Positions 10,421 through 17,623 of a stretch of DNA of 54,936 bases are shown here, in pieces. The stretch is from NCBI GenBank assembly GCA_048883065.1, contig JBHLQZ010000001.1, forward strand, positions 1 through 54,936. Direction: 5' to 3'. This DNA is from Candidatus Thorarchaeota archaeon. GTDB lineage: Archaea; Asgardarchaeota; Heimdallarchaeia; Heimdallarchaeales; Heimdallarchaeaceae. The first letter of the stretch is position 1. Each line of letters begins with the position of its first letter. The notes under the pieces were generated by a model. That model was not told the origin of the DNA. It did not search any database and saw nothing but the letters and a program-made list of their open reading frames with translations. Position numbers and translations under genes: made by a program.

Positions 10421-10909
10421 TCAATATTCTAAGAGTTTTGATAACATTAACCTTTCTTTCTCTTGAATCATTTCAACTTCAACTAGTTGCCTTGCTTCTT
10501 GTTTCTGAAGAATTTCTGTTAACATATAATAATCCGAAGGAATGATGTTATCTCTTTTTTCGATAATTTCTTGTGCAGAAAACCATTTTAACTCTCCTTC
10601 ATCTGTTGATAAGATCATATCATTTTCTACGCTAACTTGGCATAAAATAATTATGAAATGTTTAATTTTGCCTTCCTTTTCAACTAATCTCTCATTAATA
10701 ACTCCCTTTACCCCTCCCCATCTAACATTTAAGCCAGTCTCTTCCTTTATTTCTCTAAGCATAGACTCTTTAATTTCCTCATTGTGCTCAATTTTTCCTC
10801 CAACTAAAGCCCATTTAGTCTTATACTCTCCTCTTTTTCGCTTTATCAAAAGCCATTTTGATTCGTATCTTATTCCTGCCACTACAATGTTAACAATGCC
10901 GTTTGTCAT
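10421..10909 (-). CDS. NUDIX hydrolase
   Basis: Nudix box GGKIEHNEEIKESMLREIKEETGL (Gx5Ex7REUxEExGU). Confidence 0.85.
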   Translation of the reverse strand: MTNGIVNIVVAGIRYESKWLLIKRKRGEYKTKWALVGGKIEHNEEIKESMLREIKEETGLNVRWGGVKGVINERLVEKEGKIKHFIIILCQVSVENDMILSTDEGELKWFSAQEIIEKRDNIIPSDYYMLTEILQKQEARQLVEVEMIQEKERLMLSKLLEY

Positions 10910-10963
10910 ATATTTTTGAATTTCACATCATATCAAAAAATTTTCCTTCAGATTCATAAAACA

Positions 10964-10980
10964 TTTAAACATTTATTATT
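10964..10980 (+). promoter_or_regulatory. Candidate BRE/TATA region for the five-gene operon
   Basis: TTTAAACATTTATTATT ends 21 nt upstream of the ATG at 11002. There is no SD-like motif before this first gene, consistent with a leaderless or near-leaderless transcript. Confidence 0.3.
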
Positions 10981-11001
10981 GAAACACATTGACGAAGCCT
11001 A

Positions 11002-11598
11002 ATGACAAACTTCATCCAAAATATTTCACAATCTATTCGTAGAAGACTAGGTTACCCAGAAGTAACAATACTGGTTATGGGAGATGATATACCAGCAACC
11101 AGAAACAGAGTTTTATTGTTACGTTCTTATACTTCTTTAAGAGAATTCATAATAGATAGTTACTTAACAGAATTGCCATACACAGAGAAATTTAAATTTA
11201 AACCAAAGCAATTCTTACCCTTTGAAGGACTTCTTTATTTGATAGATGCTACAAAAGAAGAGATGATTAAACATGAAAGAAATTATTTTTGGGAGAAGAT
11301 TATCTGGGCAGAAGAGACCAAGAACTTACCAATAGCTGTATGTGCTTACAACTCTGAGCTTCAAGGAGCTCTATCTAGAGGAGAACTAATTGAGAATTTA
11401 TCTCTGATTAGACTTACAGATCGTCTTTGGAATCTTTTTGAAATATCCAACGAAGAATCTATGCTTGAAGTGTTAAAGTGGATGAAACAAATAATTCATA
11501 TGGGTTATGTTAAGTCTTGGTCAGAAAAAGAAAAATTATTAGAAAAAATAAAACCAATTAAGATTCAAATTCCTTCAGAAGAAGAGAATGATAAATAA
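11002..11598 (+). CDS. Arf/Arl/Sar-like small GTPase fold with degenerate G1, G3 and G4 motifs (predicted pseudo-GTPase)
   Basis: By-eye alignment to Arf1. N-terminal helix plus VTILVMGDDIPATRN corresponds to RILMVGLDAAGKTT (P-loop GK lost). GLLYLIDATKEE corresponds to GLIFVVDSNDRE. IAVCAYNSEL corresponds to LLVFANKQDL (NKxD becomes YNSE). RLWNLFEIS...VLKWM corresponds to RNWYIQATC...GLDWL. No DxxGQ is present. Confidence 0.6.
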   Translation: MTNFIQNISQSIRRRLGYPEVTILVMGDDIPATRNRVLLLRSYTSLREFIIDSYLTELPYTEKFKFKPKQFLPFEGLLYLIDATKEEMIKHERNYFWEKIIWAEETKNLPIAVCAYNSELQGALSRGELIENLSLIRLTDRLWNLFEISNEESMLEVLKWMKQIIHMGYVKSWSEKEKLLEKIKPIKIQIPSEEENDK

Positions 11599-11613
11599 AA
11601 AGAGGTACCTCCC

Positions 11614-13161
11614 ATGGCTCAAACTATAGAGAAATTAATGAAAGATGGATATTCTGGATACTCAATTAGGTCAATCCTAATGAATCCAGAATTTAGAGAT
11701 AGAGTGTTAAAAGACGTTAGTGTAAGAGGTAATGAAGTAGGTAAAAATTTAGTAATGGATAAATTAGCAGTTGGTGGTAAAGTACTACTCACAGGACCTA
11801 CAGGAGAAGCAAAAACTCTTTTCGCCAGAGTGTTGCTTGATCATATTGTTAGGGAAATTAACAATTATAAATATCACATAGAAGGATGTCCTTTCTTAGA
11901 AGATGCTGGATATATTGCAGATGTTATAAACAACTTCCAATCCAATCCTTTTGCCGGTATTCGTGTGCTACAGTCTTTATGTCCATATTGTAGGCAAAAT
12001 ATCGAGAACATCCTCTCAGGTGATAATAATCCTGTGGATTTAGATAATACAAATAGTGTCTTACAAATAACCCCCAAAGATGTAATTAGTAAACTAGGAA
12101 AGCTCAAAGCACAAAAAACAATAGTTAGAAGAGCTCAACTTGATCCAAGAACAGATCCAGAAAGTTTATACATGCTTCTCGCAGGTGTTGAAAATCTTGA
12201 AGAACTATTTGGAAAAACTACTTCAACAACATATGCTGCAACTTCACATAAAGTTGGGGTTCTATCACATGGTTTTCTAGTTGTTAATGAAATTCAAAGG
12301 CTTCCATTAACTTTGTTAGAATCACTTATGGGTTTTCTAGAAGAACCTATGGGTATTAAGTACAACATACAAGGGGAACCAGTTTATATTGATGGTGCTG
12401 TTCTTTTCACATCTAATGCACCACTAACAGTATTTGGAGAAGAAAGTCAACCCATCATTAATCGTATTCCTGAAGTACTCTGGCCTGCTCGTTCAGTGGA
12501 AAGTAGAGAACAAATTATCAAGGATATGTTTGAAGAACAAATTATACTTTCAAGGAAGAAAATCACAGCAAATCCTTCAATTATACAATTGCATGAACTA
12601 GAAAAAGAAACAACTGACTTCGTTAGTCGTTTAGCAGTAGATTTTCTTGCATTCCTTGGAAATAATTCTTTACCTGGAACATTAAAAACAAAAGGATTAC
12701 GCTCAGAAAGTCGTGTTGCTAGGAACGATTTCTATTCCGGTTTAGATGAAATTCATGATCCTCAAAGAACTCCCCATATCGATCTTCGAACCATGAACAA
12801 TATTATTGGTGAGACAGTTCTCTTACAAGCAAGAGAAATAGAAGAAGATGTTAACGTTGTTACACTAGAAAGAATTAGAAACATAATGGGTGCATATGAC
12901 ATACCAGTTTCAATGATAAATGATGCTTTACAACAAATGAAAATTGTTCTAAGAACAGCAATAAAAGAATCTGAGGTTTCAATAAGCGTTCAAGATATCT
13001 CTGAAGATATCTCAAAAATGAAAGCTCTAAGCGATGAAGAATTAGCGCAGTTGATTGCTAAATTTGAAGGATTAGACAAATTCAAAGAAAATATTAGAGA
13101 AAAAATAATTGAAAAACTTAAACCGTCCTACGAACAGTTACTGAAAGTTGACTATATCTAA
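11614..13161 (+). CDS. AAA+ ATPase of the Mg-chelatase subunit I (ChlI/BchI) / MoxR type with non-canonical Walker A and B motifs
   Basis: GGKVLLTGPTGEAKTLFARVLL is Walker A with Ala replacing the second conserved Gly. HIEGCPF resembles the ChlI EGCP block. HGFLVVNEIQRL is Walker B with Asn in place of Asp. AVLFTSN and IINRIPE are sensor/Arg-like blocks. A GAGGT SD-like motif lies 7 nt upstream. Confidence 0.7.
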   Translation: MAQTIEKLMKDGYSGYSIRSILMNPEFRDRVLKDVSVRGNEVGKNLVMDKLAVGGKVLLTGPTGEAKTLFARVLLDHIVREINNYKYHIEGCPFLEDAGYIADVINNFQSNPFAGIRVLQSLCPYCRQNIENILSGDNNPVDLDNTNSVLQITPKDVISKLGKLKAQKTIVRRAQLDPRTDPESLYMLLAGVENLEELFGKTTSTTYAATSHKVGVLSHGFLVVNEIQRLPLTLLESLMGFLEEPMGIKYNIQGEPVYIDGAVLFTSNAPLTVFGEESQPIINRIPEVLWPARSVESREQIIKDMFEEQIILSRKKITANPSIIQLHELEKETTDFVSRLAVDFLAFLGNNSLPGTLKTKGLRSESRVARNDFYSGLDEIHDPQRTPHIDLRTMNNIIGETVLLQAREIEEDVNVVTLERIRNIMGAYDIPVSMINDALQQMKIVLRTAIKESEVSISVQDISEDISKMKALSDEELAQLIAKFEGLDKFKENIREKIIEKLKPSYEQLLKVDYI

Positions 13162-13196
13162 TAAGAGTCTTATAATAACCGTTTGGAGATGATAAA

Positions 13197-14582
13197 TTGC
13201 CACATAGAATATATTTCATTACAGAAGCTGAATTCACAGATCCATTACAACACTATGGTGATGTAGAATTTGTATTGGATTTTGAGGACGCTGCTCAAGT
13301 CTTACGGTTATGGAGAAATCCACATTTAGGTAGAAGCTCGCGTGAAGGAGCAGTTCTATCAATCGCAGCAAAAAACTCTGTTGCTATCGAAAATATACTT
13401 CAGAAAATCATGAATACTTATCTTACTCCTGAAGAAGAAGAGCGTTTAGTTAATGAACTGAAACTTCTAAGATTCATAGGAGATCATGTTCTCCCCGATG
13501 TTTTAGAAAGAGTTAATCGTAATGAACTCCAGACTCTCGAAGATATTCTAAAGTATATACAAGATTTATTACGTGAATTAAAATACGAAGGTTCAATCGA
13601 TTTGCAACAACTAGCTGATAAATTAAATCAACTAAAAGATATAGTAGATATAGAAATTACTGATGCTTTTGGAAGAAAAAAGAGGATTTCACGCGAAAGT
13701 GTCATGGATTTGCTTGGAAAAATATTAGGTCGATATTTGTTGAAACAAATTTCTGTTGCTCCAATTGATGAAATCCAAAAACGTCCAAGAGGAACTATTC
13801 GTTTAAAAGAAACCTACAGAAGCGCAATTCTTGGTTCTCAAACAATACCTCCAACCTCAGTCAAACAAGAAGACATTGTGAGAGTAAAGAAAGACAGACG
13901 ATCTTTGGTTTATCTTATTGTAGATATGAGTCAATCAATGAGAAAAACTGTTTTTGAAGGTAAAATGTCTAGATTAGATGGAGCTCTATTAACAAGTTTA
14001 AGTCTTTATTACTATTTTAAACTAATAAACAGAAGAAAAAGAAAGCGTCATGATATGTTCAAACTTGCAGTTGTACCTATAAGAAAAAATACAACAGTAG
14101 TTGATGACGATAAAAAAATGGAACATCTTCTGTTATCTGCAGAAGCTAAAGGAAAAACATACATGGTTCAAGCTGTTCAAGCTGCAATTGAACATGCGAA
14201 AAAGCAACATTTAGACAAAGACATAGATGTTCAATTCACTATAGTAACAGACGGTATGCCCAATGTTCCAACTTTACCATTTAACTACCGAAAAAGTGAT
14301 GCTTTAATTAGATATTTCTCTGAAATACAAACTAAAACTAAACCAGAAACAATAGAGTGTTTAGTTCAACTTAACGCTATTTTTACTAGTCTGAAAAAAG
14401 ATCGTTCAAGGAAATGGAACATATCTTATTTCTTAATGGGAACAGAGTCACTCCGCAACAAAGAGTTATACATTCATACAAAACAAATGCTGAAAGGTAT
14501 TACTAGACCAATTTTAATTGATCCAGCCCAAATCAAGAAATTAGGGGAACAAATTCTAAAGGAGAGTATATTGTATGCTTAA
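13197..14582 (+). CDS. von Willebrand factor A (VWA) domain protein with intact MIDAS and a helical N-terminal region of about 230 aa with no recognisable family
   Basis: LVYLIVDMSQSM is the MIDAS DxSxS. It is followed by GKTYMVQAV (Thr) and FTIVTDGMPN (Asp). TTG start, with GGAG 8 nt upstream. Confidence 0.75.
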   Translation: MPHRIYFITEAEFTDPLQHYGDVEFVLDFEDAAQVLRLWRNPHLGRSSREGAVLSIAAKNSVAIENILQKIMNTYLTPEEEERLVNELKLLRFIGDHVLPDVLERVNRNELQTLEDILKYIQDLLRELKYEGSIDLQQLADKLNQLKDIVDIEITDAFGRKKRISRESVMDLLGKILGRYLLKQISVAPIDEIQKRPRGTIRLKETYRSAILGSQTIPPTSVKQEDIVRVKKDRRSLVYLIVDMSQSMRKTVFEGKMSRLDGALLTSLSLYYYFKLINRRKRKRHDMFKLAVVPIRKNTTVVDDDKKMEHLLLSAEAKGKTYMVQAVQAAIEHAKKQHLDKDIDVQFTIVTDGMPNVPTLPFNYRKSDALIRYFSEIQTKTKPETIECLVQLNAIFTSLKKDRSRKWNISYFLMGTESLRNKELYIHTKQMLKGITRPILIDPAQIKKLGEQILKESILYA

Positions 14583-16149
14583 AGTTGAATTAGAAGAAAT
14601 TGTTGAGGTTTACCAAAAAGCTAAGGCAGATTTTAGGGTTTTAATGGGTTCTAATCCAGAAAATTATCGTGTTCTAATTTTTATAAATCCCGAACTCCAT
14701 GTTTCAGTTAACCGTGTTGTTGAAATAACTGGAACCCCTCAAGCAATACTTACATCTGAGCAAATTACAAACTTAAGATCAGCTAGAATAAATGATTTTC
14801 TTCCAACGGGAAAGGAAACCGTTTATAACTCGTTACCTACATTAATTTATCTTTCAGTGCCATCTTATGATTTAACAAAAGAACAAGAATTAACACTACG
14901 AATTATGCTAATTCATGCTTTTGCTCATGCTTATATGAACGAAAAAACGGAATCAAATTCTGCAAGAACTCTTTCAAAACTATATCAAATTGATGTAATT
15001 CTAAAAGAGTTGATGGTAAATAATGTTTTCAAATTAAATCAAACATCCGGAAACAAGCATAGTTGGGCTTGGCAATACTTCCAAGATTTAATTGGTGTGA
15101 TACGTTTATTTACTGAATCAAACGTAGAAGATTTTTACACTCCTCCTGAGGATGCAAGAAAATATACTTTATTCAATAATTTCTCGATAGAAGCTATAAA
15201 TTTAATAGGAGAAAGGGCTAAGCTCGCAAGGAAAAAACACCTTCATGAATTAATCGATGAAGGTTTTGCGCACTATATACAAATGAAAGCCTTAGATTAT
15301 TTACTTGAGAAAGAGGAATATAAACTACCTAAGAGAGATGAAGATAAGAAAATACAATATCCAAACGATTTGAAAGCATTTTTAGCTCCACCAATTGGAG
15401 AATTTAGTCTTGCTATAATGGAACGACTTCTAAGTAAACTTGGAAATGAAGAGGAAATGTTCAAGAAACTCTTTAGCTACAAATCAGATTATGAATTGTT
15501 AGAAGAATTCTCATGGGATGAAGTTAAAGATTTACTAGCAGTGAATAAGAATATACACTCTGAAAGTGTTGTTGAAACATGGCATTCTTCAAAAAGTAGA
15601 TGGACTGATATCTGGTCTGTTTATGCTTATGGTTGGAGATTAATAGAAGAATATACCAGAAAAGTATATAGAAAGAAATACTCAACTTTCGGACAAATCC
15701 TTGATGATAAACCAAGGATAACTTCCAAAGGCTATGTTAAGGTGGGAGAAAAGAAAGTATACGTTTTTGAAATTAATGACTATGGAATTGGAATTGATCA
15801 ATTAGTTATCCTCCATAATCATATGTCTCTTTATAGAGATGATTTTCGAACAATTTTACCTGCTTTTGCTGATGTGGTGATATTCAAGAAACTAGGTGGA
15901 ATACATGTAGCAACACTCTTTGCAGTTCATAAAACAAGGTATCAACCATTATCTCCTTATAATTTACCAATCGCAACAAGAGCTGTGCAAGTTACAAAGA
16001 AGAAAGATGCATACAAATTTGATTTAGACGATGAGAAAGATGAAAAGATAGATGTAAGTGAAATTGATTACACATATTTACACAAAGTAACACAGCCGCA
16101 GAGGGGAGCTTTGGCTTATTTAATCAAAGAGGGGGTATATGAATTATGA
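14575..16149 (+). CDS. Hypothetical 524-aa protein with an HAxxH motif; possible inactivated zincin-like domain
   Basis: Long uninterrupted ORF. Its start overlaps the VWA gene stop by 8 nt, with GGAG 10 nt upstream. Motifs are LIHAFAHAYMNE (HAxxH, aa 114-118) and LIDEGFAHYIQ (aa 227-237). I recognise no other family signature. Confidence 0.55.
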   Translation: MLKVELEEIVEVYQKAKADFRVLMGSNPENYRVLIFINPELHVSVNRVVEITGTPQAILTSEQITNLRSARINDFLPTGKETVYNSLPTLIYLSVPSYDLTKEQELTLRIMLIHAFAHAYMNEKTESNSARTLSKLYQIDVILKELMVNNVFKLNQTSGNKHSWAWQYFQDLIGVIRLFTESNVEDFYTPPEDARKYTLFNNFSIEAINLIGERAKLARKKHLHELIDEGFAHYIQMKALDYLLEKEEYKLPKRDEDKKIQYPNDLKAFLAPPIGEFSLAIMERLLSKLGNEEEMFKKLFSYKSDYELLEEFSWDEVKDLLAVNKNIHSESVVETWHSSKSRWTDIWSVYAYGWRLIEEYTRKVYRKKYSTFGQILDDKPRITSKGYVKVGEKKVYVFEINDYGIGIDQLVILHNHMSLYRDDFRTILPAFADVVIFKKLGGIHVATLFAVHKTRYQPLSPYNLPIATRAVQVTKKKDAYKFDLDDEKDEKIDVSEIDYTYLHKVTQPQRGALAYLIKEGVYEL

Positions 16150-16916
16150 TGGACTTCTTTAGAGGGATGGTTATTGGAAGAAAACTAAAAAGCGAGAAAC
16201 CATTAGATAGAGTACACTTCGCGCTTTTTCTACAGAAAAAACCTAAAACAAGGAATGTTAAGAAAATTCTTCCTCTAATAGAAGATGCTGATTGGAATGT
16301 TAGAAATGCAGCAACTTCAACATTAATTCATCTGATAAAACATTTTCCTGAAACAAAAGAGAAAGTGTTGGAAAACTTGCATAATTTGATTGAAAGAAGT
16401 TCTTTAGCGATCAAATTATCAACTTTAGAAGTTTTAGGGAAACTGAAAGATTATTCATCTAAACCTTATCTTGTTAAGGTTCTAGAAGAAAGCGATTATG
16501 ATCTACAATATGCAGCAATAAGAGCTATAGGATATCTAGATGATGTTGATGTATTGTACCCTCTCACAAACGTAGTTTATGCTAAAGATTACATAACTAG
16601 AAGGGCAGCTATTTTGTCAGTGATTAGAATTTCTAATTCTGTCAAAGCTGAGGAACAAATAGAAAAACTTACTCCACATATCCATATAATTATTGAATCT
16701 TATCTTGAGTTAGATCAATTAGGTGAAATCTTCTGCAAGATTCTAGATTACGGTGATTTCAACCAATTCCCAAATATGAAAGGATACAATGAATCAGAGA
16801 TAGTTAAATTAGAAGATTTAATAGAGCAAAAAGACTATAGAGTAGAAATGTATCAAAACTTCGCAAAATTGATTTTCCCCAAATACTTCCCAATTGTTGA
16901 GAATATAAATTCATGA
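16146..16916 (+). CDS. HEAT-repeat (PBS-lyase-type) alpha-solenoid protein
   Basis: Repeated D-x-D/N-W/x-x-V/I-R-x-x-A units about 31 aa apart: EDADWNVRNAATSTLIHL, SSLAIKLSTLEVLGKL, ESDYDLQYAAIRAIGYL and KDYITRRAAILSVIRI. ATGA overlap with the upstream gene. Confidence 0.72.
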   Translation: MMDFFRGMVIGRKLKSEKPLDRVHFALFLQKKPKTRNVKKILPLIEDADWNVRNAATSTLIHLIKHFPETKEKVLENLHNLIERSSLAIKLSTLEVLGKLKDYSSKPYLVKVLEESDYDLQYAAIRAIGYLDDVDVLYPLTNVVYAKDYITRRAAILSVIRISNSVKAEEQIEKLTPHIHIIIESYLELDQLGEIFCKILDYGDFNQFPNMKGYNESEIVKLEDLIEQKDYRVEMYQNFAKLIFPKYFPIVENINS

Positions 16917-16917
16917 A

Positions 16918-17187
16918 TTAATGTGTAAAGATTTTTTCACAATAATCTATGAAAGTTTTTTTAAATTTTTTACAAATTTCTTCTTGTTTCCACTTTTTAC
17001 ATATATATTTTTTAGTTTCTGATGAACATAAATGAAAACAAGTAGTTAAGAGTGCATAACCCATCATTCTCACTTGAATATCAGAACTTTCTAACATTAC
17101 TAATGCTCGTTTTTGATGTGGAATTTTAACATTGATTTTAAGTAATTGCGTCTCTCCTAAGCTTGTTGCGTTCAACATATTTTCCAT
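16918..17187 (-). CDS. Small hypothetical Cys-rich protein (89 aa)
   Basis: ORF only. Convergent with the HEAT gene, with stop codons 1 nt apart. Contains one HEAT-like unit, SSDIQVRMMGYALL. No start-site support. Confidence 0.35.
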   Translation of the reverse strand: MENMLNATSLGETQLLKINVKIPHQKRALVMLESSDIQVRMMGYALLTTCFHLCSSETKKYICKKWKQEEICKKFKKTFIDYCEKIFTH

Positions 17188-17261
17188 TATACTATAATGA
17201 TTTAGCTATTTAAAAACGACAAAAACCTGCTAATAGGTAAAATTAAAGCAAAATATCTTGA

Positions 17262-17483
17262 TTAGTTGTGGATTTTAGTTAATTTAACCTCTTCCTCAAC
17301 TTTGTAAATTGCACAAACTCTCTTTATCCCTTTTTCTTCGTGTGGTAGTATCTGGAGAGAATATACTTTTCCCTTTGGAGCGTTAAAATTTCTATAGATA
17401 GAGTCCACATAATCCTTAACATCTCTGTATTTCAATTCTTCATCAGGAATGTCAAAGTAATTAAGAAACTCCATATCCGACAA
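17262..17483 (-). CDS. Small hypothetical protein (73 aa)
   Basis: ORF only; no recognisable motif. Confidence 0.35.
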   Translation of the reverse strand: MSDMEFLNYFDIPDEELKYRDVKDYVDSIYRNFNAPKGKVYSLQILPHEEKGIKRVCAIYKVEEEVKLTKIHN

Positions 17484-17623
17484 AAATCATTCATCATTAT
17501 TAAAAACATGTATCACATTGCTATTACATTTTATCAAGTAACATAATTATCTGCATTTATAATATGAAATCTTTCTGAAGGATAAACATACTTTTTAATT
17601 GCCAGAAAATAGGTGAAATAATA

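Noticed and set aside
11614-14582. Reading the AAA+/VWA pair as a Mg- or Co-chelatase (ChlI/ChlD or CobS/CobT).
   Set aside because: No ChlH/CobN-like large subunit or tetrapyrrole gene is nearby. The VWA protein lacks the AAA-like N-terminal half of D subunits. The Walker motifs are atypical. The similarity is at family level only.
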